A stretch of 64,000 bases of DNA from Bugula neritina (lineage: Eukaryota > Animalia > Bryozoa), in NCBI GenBank assembly GCA_964035545.1, contig OZ037767.1, positions 13,067,801-13,131,800 on the forward strand, read 5' to 3'. Below the pieces are notes generated by a model that was not told where the DNA came from, did no database searches, and saw nothing but the letters and a program-made list of their open reading frames with translations. Numbering within the stretch: the stretch's first letter is position 1; every line of letters starts with the position of its first letter. Below, piece by piece: positions 1 to 9,489 of this stretch. The position numbers and the translations under genes are program-made.

Positions 1-3000
1 TGGTAGTAGTGGTTGGTGTTGTAGTGGTGGTGGGTGTTGTAGTAGTGGTTGGTGTTGTAGTCGTGCTGGGTGTTGTCGTGGTTGTGGGTGTTGTCGTGGT
101 AGTGGGTGTTCTCGTGGTTGTGGGCGTGGTAGTAGTGGTTGGTGTTGTAGTGGTGGTGGGTGTTGTTGTAGTTGCGGGTGTTGTTGTGGTTGTGGGTGTG
201 GTAGTAGTTGTGGGTGTCGTAGTAGTGGTTGGTGTGGTAGTAGTTGTCGGTGTTGTAGTAGTGGTTGGTGTTGTCGTGGTAGTGGGTGTTGTAGTCGTGC
301 TGGGTGTTGTCGTGGTTGTGGGTGTTGTTGTCGTTGTAGGTGTGGTAGTAGTTGTGGGTCTTGTAGTAGTGGTTGGAGTTGTAGTAGTGGTTGGTGTTGT
401 CGTGGTGGTGGGTGTTGTCGTGGTTGTGGGTGTGGTAGTAGTGGTTGGTGTTGTAGTGGTGGTGGGTGTTGTTGTGGTTGTGGGTGTTGTTGTGGTTGTG
501 GGTGTGGTAGTAGTTGTGGGTGTCGTAGTAGTGGTGGGTGTTGTCGTGGTAGTGGGTGTTGTCGTGGTTGTGGGCGTGGTAGTAGTTGTAGGTGTTGTAG
601 TAGTGGTGGGTGTTGTTGTGGTTGTGGGTGTTGTTGTGGTTGTGGGTGTTGTAGTAGTCATGGGTGTTGTAGTAGTGGTTGGTGTTGTAGTGGTGGTTAG
701 TAGTGTAGTGGTTGTGGGTGTGGTAGTAGTGGTTGGTGTTGTAGTGGTGGTGGGTGTTGTTGTGGTTGTGGGTGTTGTTGTGGTTGTGGGTGTGGTAGTA
801 GTTGTGGGTGTCGTAGTAGTGGTTGGTGTGGTAGTAGTTGTCGGTGTTGTAGTAGTGGTTGGTGTTGTCGTGGTAGTGGGTGTTGTCGTGGTTGTGGGTG
901 TTGTAGTAGTGGTTGGTGTTGTAGTGGTGGTGGGTGTTGTTGTGGTTGTGGGTGTTGTTGTGGTTGTGGGTGTTGTTGTGGTGGTGGGTGTTGTAGTAGT
1001 GGTGGGTGTTGTAGTGGTGGTTGGTGTTGTAGTAGTGGTTGGTGTTGTCGTGGTAGTGGGTGTTGTTGTGGTTGTGGGTGTGGTAGTAGTGGTTGGTGTT
1101 GTAGTGGTGGTGGGTGTTGTCGTGGTTGTGGGTGTTGTCGTGGTAGTGGGTGTTGTCGTGGTTGTGGGCGTGGTAGTAGTGGTTGGTGTTGTAGTAGTGG
1201 TTGGTGTTGTAGTAGTGGTTGGTGTTGTAGTAGTGGTTGGTGTTGTCGTGGTAGTGGGTGTTATTGTGGTTGTGGGTGTGGTAGTAGTTGTGGGTGTTGT
1301 AGTGGTGGTGGGTGTTGTTGTGGTTGTGGGTGTTGTTGTGGTTGTGGGTGTGGTAGTAGTTGTGGGTGTCGTAGTAGTGGTTGGTGTTGTAGTAGTGGTT
1401 GGTGTTGTAGTATTGGTTGGTGTTGTCGTGGTAGTGGGTGTTGTCGTGGTTGTGGGCGTGGTAGTAGTGGTTGGTAGTGTAGTGGTGGTGGGTGTTGTAG
1501 TAGTGGTTGGTGTTGTAGTAGTGGTTGGTGTTGTAGTAGTGGTTGGTGTTGTAGTCGTGCTGGGTGTTGTCGTGGTTGTGGGTGTTGTTGTCGTTGTAGG
1601 TGTGGTAGTAGTTGTGGGTCTTGTAGTAGTGGTTGGAGTTGTAGTAGTGGTTGGTGTTGTCGTGGTGGTGGGTGTTGTCGTGGTTGTGGGTGTGGTAGTA
1701 GTGGTTGGTGTTGTAGTGGTGGTGGGTGTTGTTGTGGTTGTGGGTGTTGTTGTGAATGTGGGTGTGGTAGTAGTTGTGGGTGTCGTAGTAGTGGTGGGTG
1801 TTGTCGTGGTAGTGGGTGTTGTCGTGGTTGTGGGCGTGGTAGTAGTTGTAGGTGTTGTAGTAGTGGTGGGTGTTGTTGTGGTTGTGGGTGTTGTTGTGGT
1901 TGTGGGTGTTGTAGTAGTCGTGGGTGTTGTAGTAGTGGTTGGTGTTGTAGTGGTGGTTAGTAATGTAGTGGTTGTGGGTGTGGTAGTAGTGGTTGGTGTT
2001 GTAGTGGTGGTGGGTGTTGTTGTGGTTGTGGGCGTGGTAGTAGTTGTAGGTGTTGTAGTAGTGGTGGGTGTTGTTGTGGTTGTGGGTGTTGTTGTGGTTG
2101 CGGGTGTTGTAATAGCCGTGGGTGTTGTAGTAGTGGTTGGTGTTGTAGTGGTGGTTAGTAATGTAGTGGTTGTGGGTGTGGTAGTAGTGGTTGGTGTTGT
2201 AGTAGTGGTTGGTGTTGTCGTGGTTGTGGGTGTTGTTGTGGTTGTGGGCGTGGTAGTAGTTGTGGGTGTTGTAGTAGTGGTTGGTGTTGTCGTGGTAGTG
2301 GGTGTTGTCGTGGTTGTGGGCGTGGTAGTAGTGGTTGGTGTTGTAGTGGTGGTGGGTGTTGTCTTGGTTGTGGGTGTTGTTGTGGTTGTGGGTGTGGTAG
2401 TAGTTGTGGGTGTTGTAGTAGTGGTTGGTGTGGTAGTGGTGGTTGGTGTTGTGGTAGTGGTTGGTGTTGTAGTAGTAGTTGGTGTTGTGGTTGTGGTTGG
2501 TGTTGTAGTAGTGGTTGGTGTTGTAGTCGTGCTAGGTGTTGTCGTGGTTGTGGGTGTTGTTGTGGTTGTAGGTGTGGTAGTAGTTGTGGGTGTTGTAATA
2601 GTGCTTGGTGTTGTAGTAGTGGTTGGTGTTATCGTAGTAGTGGGTGTTGTCGTGGTTGTGGGCGTGGTAGTAGTTGTTGGTGTTGTAGTGGTGTTGGGTG
2701 TTGTTGTGGTTGTGGGTGTTGTTGTGATTGTGGGTGTGATAGTAGTTGTGGGTCTTGTAGTAGTGGTTGGTGTTGTTGTGGTTGTGGGTGTTGTTGTGGT
2801 TGTGGGTGTTGTAGTAGTGGTTGGTGTTGTAGTAGTGGTTAGTGTGGTAGTGGTGGTTGGTGTTGTGGTAGTGGTTGGAGTTGTGGTTGTGGTTGGTGTT
2901 GTAGTAGTGGTTGGTGTTGTAGTCGTGCTGGGTCTTGTCGTGGTTGTGGGTGTTGTTGTGATTGTAGGTGTGGTAGTAGTTGTGGGTGTTGTAGTAGTGG

Positions 3001-6000
3001 TTGGTGTTGTAGTAGTGGTTGGTGTTGTCGTGGTAGTGGGTGTTGTTGTGGTTGTGGGTGTGGTAGTAGTGGTTGGTGTTGTAGTGGTGGTGGGTGTTGT
3101 AGTAGTGGTTGGTGTTGTAGTCGTGCTGGGTGTTGTCGTGGTTGTGGGTGTTGTCGTGGTGGTGGGTGTTCTCGTGGTTGTGGGCGTGGTAGTAGTGGTT
3201 GTTGTTGTAGTGGTGGAGGGTGTTGTTGTAGTTGTGGGTGTTGTTGTGATTGTGGGTGTGATAGTAGTTGTGGGTCTTGTAGTAGTGGTTGGTGTTGTTG
3301 TGGTTGTGGGTGTTGTTGTGGTTGTGGGTGTTGTAGTAGTGGTTGGTATTGTAGTAGTGGTTAGTGTGGTAGTGGTGGTTGGTGTTGTAGTAGTGGTTGG
3401 AGTTGTGGTTGTGGTTGGTGTTGTAGTAGTGGTTGGTGTTGTAGTCGTGCTGGGTCTTGTCGTGGTTGTGGGTGTTGTTGTGGTTGCAGGTGTGGTAGTA
3501 GTTGTGGGTGTTGTAGTAGTGGTTGGTGTTGTAGTAGTGGTTGGTGTTGTCGTGGTAGTGGGTGTTGTTGTGGTTGTGGGTGTGGTAGTAGTGGTTGGTG
3601 TTGTAGTGGTGGTGGGTGTTGTAGTAGTGGTTGGTGTTGTAGTCGTTCTGGGTGTTGTCGTGGTTGTGGGTGTTGTCGTGGTAGTGGGTGTTCTCGTGGT
3701 TGTGGGCGTGGTAGTAGTGGTTGGTGTTGTAGTGGTGGTGGGTGTTGTTGTAGTTGTGGGTGTTGTTGTGGTTGTGGGTGTGGTAGTAGTTGTGGGTGTC
3801 GTAGTAGTGGTTGGTGTGGTAGTAGTTGTCGGTGTTGTAGTAGTGGTTGGTGTTGTCGTGGTAGTGGGTGTTGTAGTCGTGCTGGGTGTTGTCGTGGTTG
3901 TGGGTGTTGTTGTCGTTGTAGGTGTGGTAGTAGTTGTGGGTCTTGTAGTAGTGGTTGGAGTTGTAGTAGTGGTTGGTGTTGTCGTGGTGGTGGGTGTTGT
4001 CGTGGTTGTGGGTGTGGTAGTAGTGGTTGGTGTTGTAGTGGTGGTGGGTGTTGTTGTGGTTGTGGGTGTTGTTGTGGTTGTGGGTGTGGTAGTAGTTGTG
4101 GGTGTCGTAGTAGTGGTGGGTGTTGTCGTGGTAGTGGGTGTTGTCGTGGTTGTGGGCGTGGTAGTAGTTGTAGGTGTTGTAGTAGTGGTGGGTGTTGTTG
4201 TGGTTGTGGGTGTTGTTGTGGTTGTGGGTGTTGTAGTAGTCATGGGTGTTGTAGTAGTGGTTGGTGTTGTAGTGGTGGTTAGTAGTGTAGTGGTTGTGGG
4301 TGTGGTAGTAGTGGTTGGTGTTGTAGTGGTGGTGGGTGTTGTTGTAGTTGTGGGTGTTGTTGTGGTTGTGGGTGTGGTAGTAGTTGTGGGTGTCGTAGTA
4401 GTGGTTGGTGTGGTAGTAGTTGTCGGTGTTGTAGTAGTGGTTGGTGTTGTCGTGGTAGTGGGTGTTGTCGTGGTTGTGGGTGTTGTAGTAGTGGTTGGTG
4501 TTGTAGTGGTGGTGGGTGTTGTTGTGGTTGTGGGTGTTGTTGTGGTTGTGGGTGTTGTTGTGGTGGTGGGTGTTGTAGTAGTGGTTGGTGTTGTAGTGGT
4601 GGTTGGTGTTGTAGTAGTGGTTGGTGTTGTCGTGGTAGTGGGTGTTGTTGTGGTTGTGGGTGTGGTAATAGTGGTTGGTGTTGTAGTGGTGGTGGGTGTT
4701 GTCGTGGTTGTGGGTGTTGTCGTGGTAGTGGGTGTTGTCGTGGTTGTGGGCGTGGTAGTAGTGGTTGGTGTTGTAGTAGTGGTTGGTGTTGTAGTAGTGG
4801 TTGGTGTTGTAGTAGTGGTTGGTGTTGTCGTGGTAGTGGGTGTTGTTGTGGTTGTGGGTGTGGTAGTAGTTGTGGGTGTTGTAGTGGTGGTGGGTGTTGT
4901 TGTGGTTGTGGGTGTTGTTGTGGTTGTGGGTGTGGTAGTAGTTGTGGGTGTCGTAGTAGTGGTTGGTGTTGTAGTAGTGGTTGGTGTTGTAGTAGTGGTT
5001 GGTGTTGTCGTGGTAGTGGGTGTTGTCGTGGTTGTGGGCGTGGTAGTAGTGGTTGGTAGTGTAGTGGTGGTGGGTGTTGTAGTAGTGGTTGGTGTTGTAG
5101 TAGTGGTTGGTGTTGTAGTAGTGGTTGGTGTTGTAGTCGTGCTGGGTGTTGTCGTGGTTGTGGGTGTTGTTGTCGTTGTAGGTGTGGTAGTAGTTGTGGG
5201 TCTTGTAGTAGTGGTTGGAGTTGTAGTAGTGGTTAGTGTGGTAGTGGTGGTTGGTGTTGTGGTAGTGGTTGGAGTTGTGGTTGTGGTTGGTGTTGTAGTA
5301 GTGGTTGGTGTTGTAGTAGTGCTGGGTCTTGTCGTGGTTGTGGGTGTTGTTGTGGTTGTAGGTGTGGTAGTAGTTGTGGGTGTTGTAGTAGTGGTTGGTG
5401 TTGTAGTAGTGGTTGGTGTTGTCGTGGTAGTGGGTGTTGTTGTGGTTGTGGGTGTGGTAGTAGTGGTTGGTGTTGTAGTGGTGGTGGGTGTTGTAGTAGT
5501 GGTTGGTGTTGTAGTCGTGCTGGGTGTTGTCGTGGTTGTGGGTGTTGTCGTGGTGGTGGGTGTTCTCGTGGTTGTGGGCGTGGTAGTAGTGGTTGTTGTT
5601 GTAGTGGTGGAGGGTGTTGTTGTAGTTGTGGGTGTTGTTGTGATTGTGGGTGTGATAGTAGTTGTGGGTCTTGTAGTAGTGGTTGGTGTTGTTGTGGTTG
5701 TGGGTGTTGTTGTGGTTGTGGGTGTTGTAGTAGTGGTTGGTATTGTAGTAGTGGTTAGTGTGGTAGTGGTGGTTGGTGTTGTAGTAGTGGTTGGAGTTGT
5801 GGTTGTGGTTGGTGTTGTAGTAGTGGTTGGTGTTGTAGTCGTGCTGGGTCTTGTCGTGGTTGTGGGTGTTGTTGTGGTTGCAGGTGTGGTAGTAGTTGTG
5901 GGTGTTGTAGTAGTTGTGGGTGTTGTTTTTGTAGTGGGTGTTGTCGTGGTTGTGGGCGTGGTAGTAGTGGTTGGTGTTGTAGTGGTGGTGGGTGTTGTCT

Positions 6001-9000
6001 TGGTTGTGGGTGTTGTTGTGGTTGTGGGTGTGGTAGTAGTTGTGGGTGTTGTAGTAGTGGTTGGTGTGGTAGTGGTGGTTGGTGTTGTGGTAGTGGTTGG
6101 TGTTGTAGTAGTAGTTGGTGTTGTGGTTGTGGTTGGTGTTGTAGTAGTGGTTGGTGTTGTAGTCGTGCTAGGTGTTGTCGTGGTTGTGGGTGTTGTTGTG
6201 GTTGTAGGTGTGGTAGTAGTTGTGGGTGTTGTAATAGTGCTTGGTGTTGTAGTAGTGGTTGGTGTTATCGTGGTAGTGGGTGTTGTCGTGGTTGTGGGCG
6301 TGGTAGTAGTTGTTGGTGTTGTAGTGGTGGTGGGTGTTGTTGTGGTTGTGGGTGTTGTTGTGGTTGTGGGTGTGGTAGTAGTGGTTGTGGGTGTGGTAGT
6401 AGTGGTTGGTGTTGTAGTGGTGGTGGGTGTTGTTGTGGTTGTGGGTGTTGTTGTGGTTGTGGGTGTGGTAGTAGTTGTGGGTGTCGTCGTAGTGGTTGGT
6501 GTTGTAGTAGTGGTTGGTGTTGTAGTAGTGCTGGGTGTTGTCGTGGTTGTGGGTGTGGTAGTAGTGGTGGGTGTTGTAGTAGTCGTGGGTGTTGTAGTAG
6601 TGGTTGGTGTTGTAGTGGTGGTTAGTAATGTAGTGGTGGTGGGTGTTGTAGTAGTGGTTGGTGTTGTAGTGGTGGTTGGTGTTGTAGTAGTGGTTGGTGT
6701 TGTCGTGGTAGTGGGTGTTGTTGTGGTTGTGGGTGTGGTAGTAGTGGTTGGTGTTGTAGTGGTGGTGGGTGTTGTCGTGGTTGTGGGTGTTGTCGTTGTA
6801 GTGGGTGTTCTCGTGGTTGTGGGCGTGGTAGTAGTGGTTGGTGTTGTAGTGGTGGTGGGTGTTGTTGTGGTTGTGGGTGTTGTTGTGGTTGTGGGTGTGG
6901 TAGTAGTTGTGGGTGTGGTAGTAGTTGTGGTTGTTGTAGTAGTTGTGGGTGTCGTAGTAGTGGTTGGTGTTGTACTAGTGGTTGGTGTTGTAGTAGTGGT
7001 TGGTGTTGTAGTCGTGCTGGGTGTTGTCGTGGTTGTGGGTGTTGTTGTCGTTGTGGGTGTCGTAGTAGTTGTGGGTCTTGTAGTAGTGGTTGGAGTTGTA
7101 GTAGTGATTGGTGTTGTAGTGGTGGTTAGTAATGTAGTAGTGGTGGGTGTTGTAGTAGTGGTTGGTGTTGTAGTAGTGATTGGTGTTGTAGTGGTGGTTG
7201 GTGTTGTCGTGGTAGTGGGTGTTGTTGTGGTTGTGGGTGTGGTAGTAGTGGTTGGTGTTGTAGTGGTGGTGGGTGTTGTAGTAGTGGTTGGTGTTGTAGT
7301 CGTGCTGGGTGTTGTCGTGGTTGTGGGTGTTGTCGTGGTGGTGGGTGTTCTCGTGGTTGTGGGCGTGGTAGTAGTGGTTGTTGTTGTAGTGGTGGAGGGT
7401 GTTGTTGTAGTTGTGGGTGTTGTTGTGATTGTGGGTGTGATAGTAGTTGTGGGTCTTGTAGTAGTGGTTGGTGTTGTTGTGGTTGTGGGTGTTGTTGTGG
7501 TTGTGGGTGTTGTAGTAGTGGTTGGTATTGTAGTAGTGGTTAGTGTGGTAGTGGTGGTTGGTGTTGTAGTAGTGGTTGGAGTTGTGGTTGTGGTTGGTGT
7601 TGTAGTAGTGGTTGGTGTTGTAGTCGTGCTGGGTCTTGTCGTGGTTGTGGGTGTTGTTGTGGTTGCAGGTGTGGTAGTAGTTGTGGGTGTTGTAGTAGTT
7701 GTGGGTGTTGTTGTGGTAGTGGGTGTTGTCGTGGTTGTGGGCGTGGTAGTAGTGGTTGGTGTTGTAGTGGTGGTGGGTGTTGTCTTGGTTGTGGGTGTTG
7801 TTGTGGTTGTGGGTGTGGTAGTAGTTGTGGGTGTTGTAGTAGTGGTTGGTGTGGTAGTGGTGGTTGGTGTTGTGGTAGTGGTTGGTGTTGTAGTAGTAGT
7901 TGGTGTTGTGGTTGTGGTTGGTGTTGTAGTAGTGGTTGGTGTTGTAGTCGTGCTAGGTGTTGTCGTGGTTGTGGGTGTTGTTGTGGTTGTAGGTGTGGTA
8001 GTAGTTGTGGGTGTTGTAATAGTGCTTGGTGTTGTAGTAGTGGTTGGTGTTATCGTGGTAGTGGGTGTTGTCGTGGTTGTGGGCGTGGTAGTAGTTGTTG
8101 GTGTTGTAGTGGTGGTGGGTGTTGTTGTGGTTGTGGGTGTTGTTGTGGTTTTGGGTGTGGTAGTAGTGGTTGTGGGTGTGGTAGTAGTGGTTGGTGTTGT
8201 AGTGGTGGTGGGTGTTGTTGTGGTTGTGGGTGTTGTTGTGGTTGTGGGTGTGGTAGTAGTTGTGGGTGTCGTCGTAGTGGTTGGTGTTGTAGTAGTGGTT
8301 GGTGTTGTAGTAGTGGTTGGTGTTGTAGTAGTGGTTGGTGTTGTAGTCGTGCTGGGTGTTGTCGTGGTTGTGGGTGTGGTAGTAGTGGTGGGTGTTGTAG
8401 TAGTCGTGGGTGTTGTAGTAGTGGTTGGTGTTGTAGTGGTGGTTAGTAATGTAGTGGTGGTGGGTGTTGTAGTAGTGGTTGGTGTTGTAGTGGTGGTTGG
8501 TGTTGTAGTAGTGGTTGGTGTTGTCGTGGTAGTGGGTGTTGTTGTGGTTGTGGGTGTGGTAGTAGTGGTTGGTGTTGTAGTGGTGGTGGGTGTTGTCGTG
8601 GTTGTGGGTGTTGTCGTTGTAGTGGGTGTTCTCGTGGTTGTGGGCGTGGTAGTAGTGGTTGGTGTTGTAGTGGTGGTGGGTGTTGTTGTGGTTGTGGGTG
8701 TTGTTGTGGTTGTGGGTGTGGTAGTAGTTGTGGGTGTGGTAGTAGTTGTGGGTGTTGTAGTAGTTGTGGGTGTCGTAGTAGTGGTTGGTGTTGTAGTAGT
8801 GGTTGGTGTTGTACTAGTGGTTGGTGTTGTAGTAGTGGTTGGTGTTGTAGTCGTGCTGGGTGTTGTCGTGGTTGTGGGTGTTGTTGTCGTTGTGGGTGTC
8901 GTAGTAGTTGTGGGTCTTGTAGTAGTGGTTGGAGTTGTAGTAGTGGTTGGTGTTGTCGTGGTAGTGGGTGTTGTCGTGGTTGTGGGTGTGGTAGTAGTGG

Positions 9001-9100
9001 TTGGTGTTGTAGTAGTGGTGGGTGTTGTAGTAGTGGTTGGTGTTGTAGTAGTGGTTGGTGTTGTGGTAGTGGTGGGTGTTGTAGTAGTGGTGGTGGATTT
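1..9100. repeat. Coding minisatellite, 18-bp unit (PTTTTT), with kb-scale higher-order duplications
   Basis: Unit of type GGTGTTGTAGTAGTGGTT. Rare variants recur at fixed offsets: CATGGGT at ~659 and ~4241 (offset 3582 = 199x18); GAGGGT at ~3216, ~5610, ~7395. Confidence 0.97.
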
Positions 9101-9235
9101 GGTAGTTGTTGGTGATGTTGCTGCTGTTTCACTTGCTACAAATATGCTCGGTGTACATGTGTTCATTGTCTGTTGTAGTACTAGTACCAGAATCACCTTT
9201 TGTAGTACGTTGATCATCATTTGGGAGATTTTCAT
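2..9235 (-). CDS. Mucin M1, 5' part: signal peptide + Thr/Pro tandem-repeat (PTS) exon; 3'-partial, runs off the window
   Basis: The minus strand reads TTTAG|AGA ATG at 9235, giving MKISQMMINVLQKVILVLVLQQTMNTCTPSIFVASETAATSPTTTKSTTTTTTP, then (PTTTTT)n with no stop seen down to position 2 (about 3078 codons). The N-terminus aligns with M2 (MKNSKVMTDILQNLVLALLLGQIMNTGQPSIFVES). The ORF track probably missed it because no stop lies inside the window. Confidence 0.9.
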   Translation of the reverse strand, partial: MKISQMMINVLQKVILVLVLQQTMNTCTPSIFVASETAATSPTTTKSTTTTTTPTTTTTPTTTTTPTTTTTPTTTTTPTTTTTPTTTTTPTTTTTPTTTTTPTTTTRPTTTTTPTTTTTPTTTTTPSTTTTPTTTTTPTTSTTPTTTTTPTTTTTPTTTTTPTTTTTPTTTTTPTTTTTPTTTTTPTTTTTPTTTTTPTTTRTPTTTTTPTTTTTPTTTTTPTTTTTPTTTTTPTTTTTPTTTTTPTTTTTPTTTTTPTTTTLLTTTTTPTTTTTPTTTTTPTTTTTPTTTTTPSTTTTPTTTTTPTTTTTPTTTTTPTTTTTPTTTTTPTTTTTPTTTTTPTTTTTPTTTTTPTTTTTTPKTTTTPTTTTTPTTTTTPTTTTTPTTTTTPTTTITPTTTTTPSTITTPTTTTTPTTTTTPTTTTTPSTTTTPTTTTTPTTTTTPTTTTTPTTTTTPTTTTTPTTTTTPTTTTTPTTTTTPTTKTTPTTTTTPTTTTTPTTTTTPTTTTTPTTTTTPTTTTTPATTTTPTTTTRPSTTTTPTTTTTPTTTTTPTTTTTPTTTTTLTTTTIPTTTTTPTTTTTPTTTTTPTTTTRPTTTITPTITTTPTTTTTPSTTTTTTTTTTPTTTRTPTTTTTPTTTTTPSTTTTPTTTTTPTTTTTPTTTTTPTTTTTPTTTTTPTTTTTPITTTTPTTTTTPTTTTLLTTTTTPITTTTPTTTTRPTTTTTPTTTTTPTTTTTPSTTTTPTTTTTPTTSTTPTTTTTPTTTTTTTTTTTPTTTTTPTTTTTPTTTTTPTTTTTPTTTTTPTTTRTPTTTTTPTTTTTPTTTTTPTTTTTPTTTTTPTTTTTPTTTTTPTTTTTPTTTTTPTTTTLLTTTTTPTTTTTPTTTTTPTTTTTPTTTTTPSTTTTPTTTTTPTTTTTPTTTTTPTTTTTPTTTTTPTTTTTPTTTTTPTTTTTTPTTTTTPTTTTTPTTTTTPTTTTTPTTTTTPTTTITPTTTTTPSTITTPTTTTTPTTTTTPTTTTTPSTTTTPTTTTTPTTTTTPTTTTTPTTTTTPTTTTTPTTTTTPTTTTTPTTTTTPTTKTTPTTTTTPTTTTTPTTTTTPTTKTTPTTTTTPTTTTTPATTTTPTTTTRPSTTTTPTTTTTPTTTTTPTTTTTPTTTTTLTTTTIPTTTTTPTTTTTPTTTTTPTTTTRPTTTITPTITTTPTTTTTPSTTTTTTTTTTPTTTRTPTTTTTPTTTTTPSTTTTPTTTTTPTTTTTPTTTTTPTTTTTPTTTTTPTTTTTPTTTTTPTTTTTPTTTTTPTTTTRPSTTTTPTTTTTPTTTTTPTTTTTPTTTTTLTTTTTPTTTTRPTTTTTPTTTTTPTTTTTPSTTTTPTTTTTPTTTTTPTTTTTPTTTTLPTTTTTPTTTTTPTTTTTPTTTTTPTTTTTPTTTTTPTTTTTPTTTTTPTTTTTPTTTTTPTTTTTPTTTTTPTTTTTPTTTTTPTTTTTPTTTTTPTTTTTPTTTTTPTTTTTPTTTTTPTTTTTPTTITTPTTTTTPTTTTTPTTTTTPTTTTTPTTTTTPTTTTTPTTTTTPTTTTTPTTTTTPTTTTTPTTTTTPTTTTTPTTTTTPTTTTTPTTTTTPTTTTTPTTTTTPTTTTTPTTTTTPTTTTTPTTTTLLTTTTTPTTTTTPMTTTTPTTTTTPTTTTTPTTTTTPTTTTTPTTTTTPTTTTTPTTTTTPTTTTTPTTTTTPTTTTTPTTTTTPTTTTTPTTTTTPTTTTTPTTTTTPTTTTRPTTTTTPTTTTTPTTTTTPSTTTTPTTTTTPTTTTTPTTTTTPTTTTTPTTTTTPTTTTTPTTTTTPTTTTTPTTTTTPTTTRTPTTTTTPTTTTTPRTTTTPTTTTTPTTTTTPTTTTTPTTTTTPTTTTTPTTTTTPTTTTTPTTTTTPATTTTPTTTTRPSTTTTPTTTTTPTTTTTPTTTTTPTTTTTLTTTTIPTTTTTPTTTTTPTTTTTPTTTTRPTTTITPTITTTPTTTTTPSTTTTTTTTTTPTTTRTPTTTTTPTTTTTPSTTTTPTTTTTPTTTTTPTTTTTPTTTTTPTTTTTPTTTTTPTTTTTPTTTTTPTITTTPTTTTRPSTTTTPTTTTTPTTTTTPTTTTTPTTTTTLTTTTTPTTTTTPTTTTTPTTTTTPTTTTRPTTTITPTITTTPTTTTTPNTTTTPTTTTTPTTTTTPTTTITPTTTTTPSTITTPTTTTTPTTTTTPTTTTTPSTTTTPTTTTTPTTTTTPTTTTTPTTTTTPTTTTTPTTTTTPTTTTTPTTTTTPTTKTTPTTTTTPTTTTTPTTTTTPTTTTTPTTTTTPTTTTTPTTTTTPTTTTTPTTTTTPTTTTTPTTTTLLTTTTTPTTTTTPTAITTPATTTTPTTTTTPTTTTTPTTTTTPTTTTTPTTTTTPTTTTTPTTTTLLTTTTTPTTTTTPTTTTTPTTTTTPTTTTTPTTTTTPTTTTTPTTTTTPTTTTTPTTTTTPTTTTTPTFTTTPTTTTTPTTTTTPTTTTTPTTTTTPTTTTTPTTTTTPTTTTRPTTTTTPTTTTTPTTTTTPSTTTTPTTTTTPTTTTTPTTTTTPTTTTLPTTTTTPTTTTTPTTTTTPTNTTTPTTTTTPTTTTTPTTTTTPTTTTTPTTTTTPTTTTTPTTTTTPTTTITPTTTTTPTTTTTPTTTTTPTTTTTPTTTTTPTTTTTPTTTTTPTTTTTPTTTTTPTTTTTPTTTTTPTTTTTPTTTTTPTTTTTPTTTTTPTTTTTPTTTTTPTTTTTPTTTTTPTTTTTPTTTTTPTTTTTPTTTTTPTTTTTPTTTTTPTTTTTPTTTTTPTTTTTPTTTTTPTTTTTPTTTTLLTTTTTPTTTTTPMTTTTPTTTTTPTTTTTPTTTTTPTTTTTPTTTTTPTTTTTPTTTTTPTTTTTPTTTTTPTTTTTPTTTTTPTTTTTPTTTTTPTTTTTPTTTTTPTTTTRPTTTTTPTTTTTPTTTTTPSTTTTPTTTTTPTTTTTPTTTTTPTTTTTPTTTTTPTTTTTPATTTTPTTTTTPTTTTTPTTTRTPTTTTTPTTTTTPSTTTTPTTTTTPTTTTTPTTTT

Positions 9236-9441
9236 TCTCTAAAGCATAAACTTTGTTAATTATCTCAGCCTGCTTTATATTTTCCAAGCCGCTAGTTAGG
9301 CCCCTCCCTACCTCAAGTACAAACTTTACATCTCATTTAATTTCAGTTATTGTTTTTTTCTTTCTTGCTTGTTGTGGAATTTGTCTCTATTCAAATGAAT
9401 GTATTTCTTGCGCTACCTTTTCTTTTCAGTATCATGATGTT

Positions 9442-9489
9442 CCCCCCCCTTTTCCCCCCCTTTCCTCCCCCCCTTCCCCTCCCCCTCCC
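9442..9489 (-). repeat. Polypurine/polypyrimidine tract (G-runs on the pre-mRNA strand) in M1 intron 1
   Basis: The + strand reads cccccccc tttt ccccccc ttt cc t ccccccc tt cccc t ccccc t ccc, i.e. more than 4 runs of >=3 G on the minus strand. Confidence 0.85.

Noticed and set aside
1-9100. Telomere-like GT-rich repeat
   Set aside because: The unit is a degenerate 18-mer with codon-position-specific variation and internal location; it is coding sequence.
8443-9132. Q/H/P-rich ORF and the Cys/Ser-rich ORFs (33096-33470, 38700-38978, 55873-57796)
   Set aside because: Alternative frames of the mucin repeats; not metallothioneins or keratin-associated proteins.
9-9242. 3077-aa poly-Val/Gly ORF on + strand (also 25183-33099, 33100-40176, 53394-55742)
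   Set aside because: Antisense shadow: the reverse complement of ACN/CCN codons gives GTN/GGN without stops. The minus frame has the signal peptide, splice sites and domain exons.
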